A stretch of DNA of 63,551 nucleotides, filler included, from Pelomyxa schiedti (Eukaryota; Protista; Evosea), in NCBI GenBank assembly GCA_020536535.1. It is 9 parts of 9 records of this genome, joined end to end, with 100 filler letters (N's around TTAATTAATTAA, not from the genome) between each part and the next. Parts side by side here need not be neighbours in the genome. Positions count along the whole stretch, not along the records: positions 49,197 to 52,850 come from JAHLWZ010001708.1; positions 52,951 to 56,588 come from JAHLWZ010001712.1; positions 56,689 to 59,825 come from JAHLWZ010001819.1; positions 59,926 to 62,170 come from JAHLWZ010002054.1; 5 more parts are not named here. One strand, given 5' to 3'. Position numbers and translations under genes: made by a program. The notes under the pieces are model-generated. The model worked only from the letters and a program-made list of their open reading frames with translations. It ran no database searches and was not told where the DNA came from. This document shows, piece after piece, positions 49,197-62,170 of this stretch (positions within the stretch are counted from its first letter, which is position 1; the number at the start of each line of letters is the position of its first letter).

Positions 49197-49481
49197 AATA
49201 GCGGCCGATAACACGGACAGCACTGTATTGACTGAGTGGTCACGGCATAAAAAGAAAGTAATACTTGATTCTGAGAGACTCCTTTGGCTTTACAAGAAGG
49301 GAGTATAACACAAGAACGACACCAATCTCTTCCAAATGCTGCAAAAATATTTTGGGGGGATTGGCTATCACATGCTGAAGGACTCCAAGCACATCTTCCA
49401 GTTCATCACATTCCACATTTGTTGTGAAGTAATGCAGAAGTGCATCAGTCTTGGGAGAAAGATGTTAAAAAAAAATAAGTT
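49197..49481 (-). repeat. Inverted duplicate of the BEACH-gene segment 52566-52850
   Basis: 285-bp reverse complement with 2 substitutions; both copies end at the contig edges. Confidence 0.9.
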
Positions 49482-49842
49482 CTGGTTTGAAAAAAAAGGG
49501 GAAAAAAAGAAACACAAGTGCGAGAAAATCAATCTGTAACTGGTAAAAATGGAACATCTCCAAAAAAACTGAGGTTTCTTCGAAGCATAATTTGGCCGAT
49601 CTTCCAATGAGGACGCGGATGTTCCCTTCCATTCAACGACGCCGCTTTCGGTTGGCGAAACTTCGGGTACAATCTCGCTTCTTGCCAAGGATTGCAGGTC
49701 GAAGCCGTGCCGCAACCGGCAAGTGCTGTCATTTCCGTTTGGCATCTTGAGTACGTTTTCAGGAAGAGATTCTTCCCATACTTTCTAATTAACAGAAAAT
49801 CAGTAGAGCAAAGGGCCTTTGCGTACCCTGCACTGTAACACA

Positions 49843-52800
49843 ATGAAGGGGCGCCAGCCGTTTGACCAGATTGTGACACCGTCATCGGTGTCGTCCGCGT
49901 CATCATCTACGGGGCTCGTTGCGGTGGTGTCCAGGGTGGCGAGCATGTGCGACGGCAGGGTGGTCGTGCCGTCGGCGTCGATGCTGTTTGGAAACGACGT
50001 GGGTGGCGCCGTGGGCATGAGGAAAGGAGCAAGCACGATGGACGGCGTGTGGTCCACTGCTCAGAAAATCGCGGATCTGTTTGGCACCTTCGTAACCTTG
50101 ACCCCTGCTGACCAGGTAGTGTAGGCCTAGTGCCCCATTGCTATTTTGGCTTTGGCCACATGAGCGCTTGATACCTACCACAAAAAATGTGACTGCACAA
50201 ACACCACAGCCAACTAAAACTAAAAAGGCAAATGTGTTGAGCGGTCTGAAAGTTTTCCTGAACGCATTTACTTCATGTATTCCTCTGTGTTCCGAGGTAG
50301 GTTTGATGGGCAAATTCATAGATGCTCTAAGCAGAGTATCGGAACCTCACATTTTTGGTATGCTTTGCTCCCTTTCTTTTATTTTCCTTTTTTTTTTTTA
50401 CCAGTGGGGATCTCACAGATGAACTCATGAACGTCATTGGAATGCTTGGCTCACATCATATAACTGCACCTGAGGTGAAGCACTTGCTAAACCTGCTCTG
50501 CTCACCCTCCTTGAATGTCAGTTCTACACTAAAACCAGCTACTGAGACCAACCTGGCTAGTGCCAACACTACTTCTTTGTGCTGTGAATTCCCAACCCAA
50601 GAGCAGAGGGCCAAGATCCTAGAGACACTACTTGTTATGTCCCAAAGACAAGCACCTGACCGGTATTTCTTACTCACAGGAGATAAATCGGTTGGTTCCA
50701 TCCCTTTTACTTTTCTTTGTGTAAGAAATAACTAACAGGGAATCGATATTGGATGTGGTCCTGAGGATATGCCTCAGTCATATGCCTTCTCTGTGTGGGT
50801 GTGGGTTGATCAATTTCGCAGTGCATATCCACGTCTTGTTTGGTAATGCAAGTTATTATGAAATACCACTCACAGATTCAATAGCTTTTTGGCCCCAAGT
50901 AATTCTGGTGTAGAACTTTTTATCAGAAAAGACACTATAGGCTTCAGAACAAATGTTAATAATATCGTAACCTGTACTTACACCTTTCATGAAAAAAGGC
51001 ATGACTGTGTTATTTAACCTCTGTCCTTATATTTTCAGGTGGTACCACATAGTTGTTTGCCATTGCCAATCAAACTGGTCTAAATTATTCAACGCAAAAC
51101 TTCAGTTTTTTATTAATGGTGACCTGATAAATGACACAACCCTCAAGTTTCCTTCAAGTTCTGAAAGGGTACTTCTCACAATTTTGATAAAACCCCAACC
51201 CTCTAACTTCTATCGTAAGTTCCAATTCCACTGCCTGGGATATGGAGGAGTTGTGAATTTGGGAATGCTTCAACCACAAGCCCAAATGTACTTACATGGC
51301 AGGCTCGCAACTATTGCAATGATATATGGTGTGGTGACTCTGCCACTGGCTTCTGCTGTGTTCAATAAAGGACCTGACTTCTGTCTTACAAATACTTCCT
51401 TGAGGCATGTATTAATTCCATAAAGTCGGCTGATTCCAATTTAGTCCACTTGCTGGATCTTCACATGTTACTGTTGCTTTTTGCTATTCTCCGAAAGTTT
51501 TGGCTTGCATTATCAAATATGAATTATAAATTGTACTTTAGGCCTGCACAGGCAAGTACTGTTACAATGTTGCTGAGCAAGCTACCTTAGACGAGAGACC
51601 CACTGCACTGCCAACTAAACTTTTTTGGCAGCCTCAGAGAAAAGTTCAGCACACAAAAACAAGAGGAACATTATTGGATGGGGCACGGTGTGTATTTGGC
51701 GAGCGATTAGTGACCAGTCTTCACTCAGCCACTGGAATAAAGGTGTTTGGACTCTCCTTTATGTTTTATTGAAGTCAAATGCAAGGTGCTACTTCCCCTT
51801 TTCCACTCACTCAATGTTGCTATGTATGGACCTCATTGCCTCTCTCTTGCAATTCGACTTCTTGGTAAGCTTGTTCATTGATATCTGTGACCTTTCTCCA
51901 GGCAGTGTATTGAAATCATCGGAGGCAGCAACCAGAGAAGCCCAAAATACTGGTGTACTGAGGATTCTTGGGTCTTCTCTCCTTGAAAATATTCCTAGAA
52001 CTTTCTTTAGCAAAGATCTAGTAGAAAGTGTACTGGAGCTTGTTGAGTCAGTGTCTCATTGTGGAGGTTGGTTTCTTCATTATCAGTCCCTCATTGAATG
52101 TGCAATCAACCAGAAAAGCTTCAGCGCCACTCTTATTCCCATGTATTGCTTAACTTTGGTCTCTGGAGAGCTGCTGAGTTTTCCCTCCAGCAATTTCACC
52201 TGGCCCAAGTACAGGCGCACGTGTCAACACGCCCACAGGCACCTTATCCCCAGCCTTTTTTTTTTCCCTCACACTTCCTAGTATTTTCGAAAAATATTTG
52301 GTGTCAACAGCATCCTGCATGTGCTCAGATATTTTTACTCTCTTGATTCCGCCACACCCAATTCCACAGAATTTTCCCATGGAGAACAGCTTTTACTTCC
52401 CCATTTTGCATCCCTTACAAGGTTTTCCTTTTTTCTTTTACAAGCACTTTTTGAATTTCACATCACAGAGAAGAGATCAAATCGCTGCGCTCCTATATCT
52501 GCACAATTCTTAAGTTGCTTTTAAAACAAGACGATATAACCAAAGAGGAGGTTCCCACTGAACATAACTTATTTTTTTTTAACATCTTTCTCCCAAGACT
52601 GATGCACTTCTGCATTACTTCACAACAAACGTGGAATGTGATGAACTGGAAGATGTGCTTGGAGTCCTTCAGCATGTGATAGCCAATCCCCCCAAAATAT
52701 TTTTGCAGCATTTGGAAGAGATTGGTGTTGTTCTTGTGTTATACTCCCTTCTTGTAAAGCCAAAGGAGTCTCTCAGAATCAAGTATTACTTTCTTTTTAT

Positions 52801-52850
52801 GCCGTGACCACTCAGTCAATACAGTGCTGTCCGTGTTATCGGCCGCTATT
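49843..52850 (+). CDS. Neurobeachin/BEACH-family protein, N-terminal part with LamG/ConA-like domain (partial)
   Basis: LGSHHITAPEVKHLL, PDRYFLLTG, YAFSVWVWVD, YPRL, WYHIVVCH..LQFFING, VLLNFGLWRAA, LRYFYS and DELEDVLGVL, as in the NBEA/NBEAL N-terminal half. Confidence 0.75.
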
Positions 52851-53885
52851 NNNNNNNNNNNNNNNNNNNNNNNNNNNNNNNNNNNNNNNNNNNNTTAATT
52901 AATTAANNNNNNNNNNNNNNNNNNNNNNNNNNNNNNNNNNNNNNNNNNNNTCATCTGTCTCATTGTGGTTTGGTTTCAAAGCAGTAGAAGGTAAAGCTCG
53001 CACAACCACAAATTCTGGAATTGTTCTAAGATGAGTAAGATGACATGCAAAACCACAGATAAAGAAAAACCACAGTGGATCTGTTTCTGCATGTAGCTTG
53101 GTGCTTGCACTTCAGAATCACTCTGCCATCCGAACTTCCGAATGTCTTCCTCTCTGTCTGTTATTCACCCCGCATCCAAGTACCGATCGTAATTTCTGAA
53201 AACTGGGGTTTTGATGGGGTGTCAGTGTATTTGGGGGTGGTCATTTTACCAATGAGGCACCCAGCTTTGTGGTTTTCCCACCCTTGGTGCGCGTGTGTGC
53301 AGCGATTGTTTTGGAGTTTGGTGGCAAGTTTTTTGTGTTTTTCTTCGAGGGAGGCCCACTGATGAGCCAATGCTGTGTAGCTCTGCTGGTGTGGGGTCAT
53401 GAAAATATCGAATAACAGTTTCCCTCATCACCTCGGTCTGCTGATTCTCCACCTTGGTTTTCAGGGTCTCCTTCACTCCTTGCACTGCATTTTGCGTTGC
53501 CACTTTTCTGTGCAGCAATTAGCTTCGTACTAACCTAGTTAACTTTACTTTAAAGGTTTCCTTGTTTTTTTTTCTTCTTGTTTATTTGTTGTTTTTTCTT
53601 CTTCTCGGTTATTATGGTAGAACCTCTCATTTTTTTATAGTCTTGCTTAAATGAAGTCTTAGGAAAGACAGTGTGTAGAGCCGCATTTGATTGGGCATGA
53701 GCGCCTTAGTAACTTACATTTATTTATCACTGGGGCTAGGTCTTTTACTACATTATAATCACTACCCTATAAACTGACACACCAATAGAGATGCCACTGA
53801 CTATCGCTGCTACAGTTACTCCTGTGAATCTGACAAGCAGAAGACTGTTGTTGAGTGGATTACCTCCCGTGTCATTGAGTCCCAT

Positions 53886-54706
53886 TTGTGTGAGCCCATG
53901 GTTGGGAAGAAAGGTATTGATCATGATGGTAGTCAGAGGGTTATACTGCCGGCATCTGAGACACTTATTGATCTATTTTCAAGACTTGTGGATGACCTCC
54001 TTGATGAGAAAATGCCAGCAGAGAGAGTACGATTTAAGATGGATGCCAAGCAGCATCTTATGCTCTCACTTCGTAGAAGAACTACAGTCTCACAAGGGTG
54101 CCCCAAATATTCTTTGCATATTATGGGTATCCAGGATTTGGCCAACAAAGACAGAGCCATCTATGTATACCCAGATATCTGGAGAAACAATGCCAATATT
54201 ATCCTTTCCATCCTTCACCAAAATCTCACACGAATGTTCCTTCCTGTTCCACGTGATATGCTTACTGGCACTGCCAAGAACCACTACAGGTATACTAAGC
54301 TTTATTTGACATTCGACAATGCTTGACTTCATTGCTGTACTGTGGAATGCTGGTTGCAAAACACTGGGTGCAGTCTGTTGAAGTTGGCTTTTTGCTTCCA
54401 GGACATGGGCATGGCCTGCAAGATCAGCTGTTCAGCTCTCTGCATGTTCCACTCCACACACAAGATGCCCTTACAGTGCCTGCATTTCTGCAACGTTGCG
54501 AGTATGCTTATCAGCACAAGCCAATCACTCTGTTTGTGCTGGATGTTGTCTGGGACTGGCGTGGTTACTTCTCTCCCTTCTTGCAGGGGTATCAATGGCA
54601 ATGCCTTGAGGACTGCTTTGGATTTTTGATCTCCATTGGAGTTCCCTCAGGTTCCACCCATGAATCTGTAGTGGTGCAGTCAAGAAGATTTAACTCACGA
54701 GAGTAA
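53886..54706 (+). mobile_element. Sola-like (DUF7869-type) DDD transposase, degenerate
   Basis: KMDA..., ANIILSILHQ, KLYLTFDN, LVAKHWVQSVEVGFLLPGHGHGLQDQLFS, DALT, VWDW; the segment expected after DN (xxxNKN) is missing and the frame shifts at about 54325. Confidence 0.7.
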
Positions 54707-56688
54707 AGAGCCACGAGAATCATACATACTGACTTGTGAAGTTCTGGATTCCAGCTGCATCACAAGGTTGGTTCTTTTCCAAAAATCCTTCTGTTGTGGT
54801 GTTGCTGGAAACACTTGTTTTAAGGCCCAGGTGAAACCTCTTTTTATTGTTCTTATCCTCTTGTCTATTATTATGTTGCCACCAAGTAAGTTTTTTTCCC
54901 AGTCTATGTAACAGATCATCAGACTTCATCACACAGAGCATCAGCTTGTTTTAACTATGTCTAGATATGTACTTTGGCATGGTGCCAAAACTGACACCTT
55001 CACAAAGGCATACATTAAAACAAGTGCCACGTAACACTATTGCATGTTGCTGTTGCAACTTGCTGCCACCAGTACCACGCTATGAAGAACACCAGTGGCC
55101 ACCTTGCATTTTACACAACTGTTTGTTATGAACACCAAGGTTTTCCACAAAAAATGACACTCAACTGAACAAAAATAGCAAGGATTTTTACACAATATCA
55201 ACCACAGAGTTGCAATTTGACTGTAATTTTGTGCTTTTTGGGTGTAATTTCCTGGGTTCTGTAAACCTGATTCATTGGCAAAAGCCTGACTAGGTTGGCA
55301 GGAGCTTAAGTCCTGGAAGTGTGTAGATACACTGGGGCCTTGAACATAAATGGGTTCCATTTGCTTTTTTTATAGCTGCACCAGATGGCAACCACCAACG
55401 TACATCCCTCCCCCCTCGTCCCACTCAAAGTACTAGGGCACCAGGCCGAATTCCTCACACTCACTCTCACCATCCTCACACCTCTATGTACAAGCCTGAA
55501 GTCGAAAATCGACTTCGTGCAAAAAAAAAAGTTTTCTGCCCTTGGATACAAAATCGTGCCACGTTTTTTTTAAATCCACGTTTTGGAGAGAAGTGGGCGT
55601 TGTGGGTACGCATGAGAGTGAAAGAGTAAGAAGGGAAATTTGGGCCTGGTTGTGCACCCGTCACAGTAAAGTGTGGTGGTTGGAAAGCGGAAAAGCGGGA
55701 GAGTGGGTTAGGGAAGTTGGGGTTGGTCAGTCCGGTACCTACAACTGTTCAGCAATGACAAAAAAAGGAGAAGGATGTACGTCGGTGGTTGTCATGTCAG
55801 CAGCGGCAGGCAAGTTGACCACCTAAGTGTAAAGCATACCAGTGTCCCAGTGCTGAAAGAACAGATGGAATTTACCTTGCCCGCTGGAATGATAGTTATC
55901 TACTATGGGAAAAAGAAACCAAAGAAACAAGAAACCACATACCAGTGGAAGGCTCGGAAATACATTAAAGGGGTGCAGAAATGCTGTAGGCCGTATTACC
56001 TTATTACAAGGCGTAAATGCGTAAAAAATTACTTTTAATTAAATTAATAATAAATAAAATATAAATATATTTAATATATATATGAATTAATTTAATTGAT
56101 TCAGAAATAAAACAATTAATATTAGATGGCACTACGTGATGGAAGATACAAGGCGGGTACCGCTTGTTCCTCTTCAGCCCAGGGCGGTCTCCCCTCGTAG
56201 CAGCGATTTTTTTGTGTGGAGATAAACAAAGAGGCAAGTCACTGCACAGTCCCCACAACCCCAAACATGCCATTTATGTTCAAGGCCGCGGCGAGGCCCG
56301 ATTCAACGAACACACACGCCGCGCTGCCCCGCCCCGCGGCGCCGCGCCAACCGCCCCGCGGCAAAAGCATCAACAAATCCCGGCAAAAATCGGGCCCCTT
56401 CACCCTGCCTTGCTCACTAAAAAATTCTGTTTTTCTCATTTCACTTTAACCAGTTCTAAGAATGTCGTCACCTTTTTATTTTCATTCGGAGTCGGAACTG
56501 CTGCTTGGAGTGTGGTCCACCCAAATGATATCCTTGAGGATTTTCTGTGCATACTCATTGCCAGAATTTGCAGCTAATCTGTAAAATGNNNNNNNNNNNN
56601 NNNNNNNNNNNNNNNNNNNNNNNNNNNNNNNNTTAATTAATTAANNNNNNNNNNNNNNNNNNNNNNNNNNNNNNNNNNNNNNNNNNNN

Positions 56689-56987
56689 GCCACTTCCTTG
56701 AGAACCACCAGGAGACCCTGCACTCTGATTCTGGCTGGATTGGGGACATTTCTGTACTGAAGGTGTTCTCAGCAGAGGACCTTGAGCAGCCGTGCCGTGT
56801 GATACCCTATGGAAAAGTGGATGAGGCAATAACAAGGTGCTCAAATGGGTTGGTTGCCATCCAGGATGCGAATAACATTGACCTTGTTGATGCCGTTACT
56901 GGTTTCTGGCTGTGGCGCCAACCTGTTCCCCAGAATAGTGATTCATGCCAGGTGTACAAATACTTTTTGACGTGCTCATCATGTTGA
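56689..56987 (+). CDS. 3' end of hypothetical protein (lineage-specific family, ..LVDAVTG.. C-terminus)
   Basis: Coding-like exon ending at TGA; resembles the C-terminal fragment at 59926-60305. Confidence 0.4.
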
Positions 56988-57052
56988 ATACAACTACAAG
57001 CTTTAAAAAAGAACCAGCTTGAGCAGCCAACCATTGTTTCTTTAAACCAAAT

Positions 57053-59735
57053 TCAAAGTCTGTTGGTTTGTTGGGTGAGTGATGAGATGGCATCAGCGGC
57101 TGAGAGCCTGGCAGCCTTGTCAGGGTTCATCATCCCAATCATCACCAACTCGATCCGTAAAATGTCATCTTTATCTTTCCGTCTCAGTGTGGAAACTGCG
57201 TCTGAAAACCAAGGAACTGGGAAGTGACTGCGGAGTGACTGAGTGCTGAACACGCTCATGTCTGCATTCAGTGGGCTCCCAATGAACTTGTTGGATTGTG
57301 GAAGGAGAGCATCCCAGAAAGTGAGGGCAAGTGCAAATGAGTCGCATTTTGAGTATGAGAACACACCACTGCTACCTCTTGTGGTCCTCTTGAGGAAAAC
57401 GCTCAGCTCTGGTGGCATTGTGCCTGGGTTGCCCCATGTCTCTGTTGTGGCTGTTATAACTATCTCCATGGTGCGGTTGGGGCAATGCTGAGCTTCACCA
57501 AAGTCAATCAATGTCAGCTTCCCGGTCTCTGGGTCAACAAGAATGTTGTCTTCTTTGATGTCCCTGCCATGGTGTTTGAGAGTTAGTTTCTTTAGAAGAA
57601 TACAACAACCTGTGAACAATGAAATGTGATTCAATGTGGTGAATGGCTTTGAGTCCTTGAATGAACAGATTCCATGTGCCTCTCTGGTTGGTGGAAGACA
57701 GGAACGATGACAGGGTGATCCCACAATGGGGCATTAAGATTGCCAATGACTTGTTGTTGCCCAGCTGTCGGTAATATGGTTGATCACTTGGTATTTTATC
57801 CAAAAACTCTGCTGGAAGGCTTCAAATGTAGTGTTAGTATGATATCATTTATGAATCAAGAGATACCGAGGGATAACCAAGGCACCAAGAGGGTGGATCA
57901 CATTTGGGTGACTTGGAACCAAGGAGAGGGCAATACACTCAGCCATGTATTTCTGCCTCAAAAGTGTCTGACGTGGGGTGTTCTCCCAGTTGAAAAGCAC
58001 CTTCATCACCATGTTGACTAGTGTGGTTCGGTATTGCACTTTGAATGCCGCAGCATTTGACCCTGTACCAAGGAGCGCCTCGACTCTAAAATCAGGGGCA
58101 GTTGCCGAAATAAGTGACACCATTGTGTTAACAATTTTCTTATTGGTGGCAATTTAGTGACTTGTGTATGTTAAGAGGAAGAAAACCTTGAATCTTTCCA
58201 CAGCAGTTTGTTCTTGACAGAGAGCTGCCTCTGTGTCTGCAACACGACTTACAAGTTGTTCCTTCTCCTTTTCCAACTGAAAAGTTTTAGACCCCCAAGT
58301 TGGTCACTAGCCATGAGACATACCTCATCATTCTTCTTTGTTAAATCCTCCCAGCATTCCTGTAACGGATACCTTAGTTAAGTGTTGTTGGGCCTTGGCA
58401 CACACCTCCAAATTCATCACTGCGTGGTGTTCCTGTGTGAGGTATTTTAGTTGAAAATGTTGGTTCTTAAATTCTCACCTCTTCAACATGTGCTCTTTCC
58501 TGAAGGAGCTGTGCCTGCAAGTCTGCAACTTGTTGTCTCAATGTTTCAATGGTATCTTGTTTCTCCTTGATTAAGTGCTGTCCTGTCTCTATGTTGTGGG
58601 GATCCAGTGATGACATAAGCATCTCTGAGGCTCCCCTGTGTCCACACTGAGCGGCTTTCTCCAGCCAGTGGCGTGCCTGCTCCACATTGCAAGCAATACC
58701 ATCACCTTCCATGAGACATACGCCCAGGTGAAACATTGAAACAGGATCACCTCCATCAGCACCCATCTTGAAATATCCAATAGCAGCCCCCTTATCTTTT
58801 GGAGCACCACACTCTCCCCGACAGTACACTCCCAGCTCCCCAAGAGCCCCTGCATCCCATACTGAGCTCTTTGCCTCGTTGTACAACACATGAGCCTTGT
58901 TGGTGTCCAGTTCCACACCAATGCCTCTTTCATGACAATACCCAAGGAACACCTTGGCGTTGTTACAACTCAAAACCCCTCCAGCAGCCACTTTGAGCAG
59001 TTGCACAGCCGTTGCCACGTCCCTTTCCACACCACACCCCCACAAGTAACACCACCCAAGGTATGCCTGCGCAGACATGCACTGGTCCCCAGACTGGCGC
59101 ATGAGTGACACCGCCTTGGCCCAGTCCCGCTCCACGCCCTCACCGCGCAGATAGCACAGGCCAAGCCTCCACGAGCTCCCCCTGTGGGTGCCTATTGCGC
59201 TGCCGTAGAGGGACACAGCCCTCCGCGGGTCGCACGCCACTCCCACGCCGTGCTGGTAACACCACCCAAGCTCCACCATTGCCCAAGCATCGCCCAGCTC
59301 CGCGGCCATCGCCCACAGCGAAACGGCCCTGTCCACGTTGGAGTTGCAGCCGCAGCCGCGCCCGCTTCCGCTTCCGCCTCCGCCTCCGCCGCCGTCGCCG
59401 ATACCACCACCACCACCGTAGTGATAGTAGTAACACCCAAGGCTGCACAGGCCACTGCCGTCGCGCGCCATGGCGTACAAGTGCTGCGCCGCGTCGAGGT
59501 CCTTGGGCAAATCGCCGGCGCCGCTGCGGTGGCACTGGGCAAGCCGGGACATGGCGGCTGCGTTTCCGCGTTCGACGGCACGCTGCAGCAGCGACACACT
59601 GCGGTTGACGTCGCGGGTGACGCCGGCGCCTTTCCAGTAAAGCGCAGCGAGCTCGTACATCGCGTCCGCGTTGCCTGCGCCGACTTTTTCGGTGAGGGAG
59701 GCAACGTAACTTGCGTGGTTCGTTTGTTGCGCCAT
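57053..59735 (-). CDS. Sel1-repeat + coiled-coil + protein kinase (PINK1-like features)
   Basis: About 9 Sel1 repeats (e.g. AMYELAALYWKGAGVTRD); kinase LGTGSNAAAF, MVMK, HPNVI, H|RDIKEDNILV, DFG, GNPGTMPPE, YSKCDSFA. Start taken at MAQQTN because the sequence upstream is a foldback copy. Confidence 0.88.
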
Positions 59736-59749
59736 CGCCTGCGATGGGG

Positions 59750-59825
59750 GGGGGTGTGGTGTGGAAAGGGACGTGGCAACGGCTGTGCAACTGCTCAAAG
59801 TGGCTGCTGGAGGGGTTTTGAGTTG
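59750..59825. repeat. Perfect 76-bp inverted copy of 58966-59041 at the contig end (probable foldback chimera)
   Basis: Exact reverse complement of a Sel1-coding segment about 700 bp away. Confidence 0.85.
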
Positions 59826-59925
59826 NNNNNNNNNNNNNNNNNNNNNNNNNNNNNNNNNNNNNNNNNNNNTTAATTAATTAANNNNNNNNNNNNNNNNNNN
59901 NNNNNNNNNNNNNNNNNNNNNNNNN

Positions 59926-60305
59926 ACAATGATTCTCACTACCACAGGGTCCTTGTTGACGTGACAACTGAGGAACAAGTTGCACGGTTTCCAGGCAATG
60001 CCTTCGTAATACCAGTTGGCAGGAATCATCTATTTGTGAGGGCTCATAGGGGTTACTCCAAGTTCAAAGTGTACAACACCTCAGGCAGGAAACTGACAAC
60101 AACACCATGTACATGGGCGAGCCCAGCAATGCAGAGCCACTCTGGTCTCATTGCTCACAGTGGCCCTGTGAGTGGCAGTGAAACTGCCACTCAAGTCACA
60201 TTCACCGTTTGTGATGTTGGTACAGGGTTCTGTGTCTGCCACATCCCTGTGACCTTTGACTCCAGGACTGCTCCCTTTGACAGTGATTCCTACTATCTGG
60301 AATAA
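59926..60305 (+). CDS. 3' end of hypothetical protein (..VCDVGTGF.. C-terminus)
   Basis: Open frame from the contig edge to TAA; similar in style to 56689-56987. Confidence 0.45.
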
Positions 60306-60455
60306 TTCCAGAATTTTTTCTTCAAAAAATGGGCCCGTACTGAAAAAATGTGAATGTGTGTACAATCTCGTTGGTGTAGGAGTTGGACACATGCTGGCTA
60401 CCTGGTGCATGCTCTCCCTTTGCTCGGGGAGGGTGTGCACTTTACTATCCGTTTT

Positions 60456-62170
60456 TCAAAGAAGGTTCTTTTGATGAATTGGGGTGCGGCAGACAAGGCA
60501 CTTCCTCATTCCCACAACAGTGGTGGCACACTGTGTGTTTGTGTGGATTTGCATTAGTTGTGCGTGGAATGGTGAAAGATAAAACAGAAAAAAACTACCT
60601 GAGAGCACAGGACAATGTGACCACAGGGCTGGAATTGAACATTGGCTGTATTCTCATCACACTCGATGCACAGTTTGTTCACAATGGTTGTGGGTGCTGC
60701 AGTCACACCTGCTGAAGAAGACAAGGCGGTGGAAGTGCATCCAGGAAGTGTGCTTGTGGTTACTGCTCTCATTGAAGGGGGGGACACAACGGCAGCCATG
60801 GAGGCAGCTTTGGATACCACGAGGTCAACAACAGCCTGTTGAGCCTGAGGGAGCAACTCAGAGAGCATCGACCACACACAAGGCATCGCCATGAACTGCT
60901 CGTCACCTTCCAGTCCTCGCATCAACATCCACTTGGTTTTGTGTTCCTGTGTCATCATGGTGCACACTCCCTTGATCTCCTCGATTTGCTTGTGGAGGTT
61001 GAGGCCCACTGTGATCTGCTCAGAGAGTTCCTTTGACAGCATCGTTTTCTGGTCTGCCAGCTTTGTGCACTCTTCAAACCTGCACCCTTGAAGCTCACCA
61101 AGTGTGTCTGAGAGTGAACCCAACCACTGGAAAGGTTGTGGCAAGCCGCTTGTTGCGTCCAAGTGGATAGCTTCAGCGATTTTATTCAATACCAAAGGCT
61201 CACTCAGTGTCACCATCAAGAGTTCACTCCCTGTTTGGATGAGGTTATTACGCGACTCATTCATCTCTATTCTTGTTACCTTTTGTTGGGGGAATGACAA
61301 CTTTCTCTCCTTCTGTTGTTGTCTCTCCTCCAGCAGCTGTATGCTTGGTTGCCAAAACCTTCTTTGTCAAATCAGAGATGCTCCTTGAGCACTGTTGAAT
61401 CTCTGCCTCGCTGTTCTGAACTGTCAGTGTCTGCCCAAGTGCCCTCTTGCTTGTTTCACATGTTTCATCAAGTTGCTTTTCGAGCAAGTCCTTCAGCTCA
61501 TTGAGGTCTCGCAGATGTGATCTGAGTGCCTCGTTGCATTGTGTGGCTCCTTGAAGGTGCTTGGTGCTTTTGGCCAGTGACTCTCGAAGCAAGATAAACT
61601 CTGGAGCTGATTTTTTGAGCAAGGCTTGGAACTGTGTGGTCAGTTTCATGGCTTGGTTCAGTTCAAGCTTTGCTTTTTCTTGCGTTTCCACAGTGGTTTC
61701 GTCATCATTGCTCTCCACAGAAAACTTCACAGTGGTTGGGATCAAAAGTGAGTCACCTTTGCCTTCCAGTTGCTCTTGTTGTTGTATTTTGTGCAACTGG
61801 TTGGGCTCATCAACGTGTAGTTGGTTGTTTCTTTTTGCCACTTCCTTTTTGTTTTAAAAACAAAAAACTAAAAAAACAGAATTGCACTGAAGTTGGAAAA
61901 AACAAAAGCACACACCTCTGGCTCCATCTTTGAAATGGCCATTTCCTCTTTTAATCTTGCCTCCAGCTCACTTTTTTCTTTAATGTGTGCCCTCATACAT
62001 TGTTCATCCAGTTTCTGTTGAATGATGGTTTTTTCAGTTTTCAACTTTCGCAGTTCCTCCTGGTGACATTCATAGCTATGTAAGTAAGGGGAAAGAAGAT
62101 AAATAATGAACCTCCATAAGCAGGTCACCACACCCCATGTGATGACGGACTCCCCCATTTCCATGTTCTT
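60456..62170 (-). CDS. Coiled-coil protein with C-terminal C3HC4 (IAP-type) RING finger (partial)
   Basis: CIECDE..NVQFQPCGHIVLCSQ|CA....MRKCLVCRTPI; long heptad-rich segments; frame discontinuity at about 61350. Confidence 0.75.
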
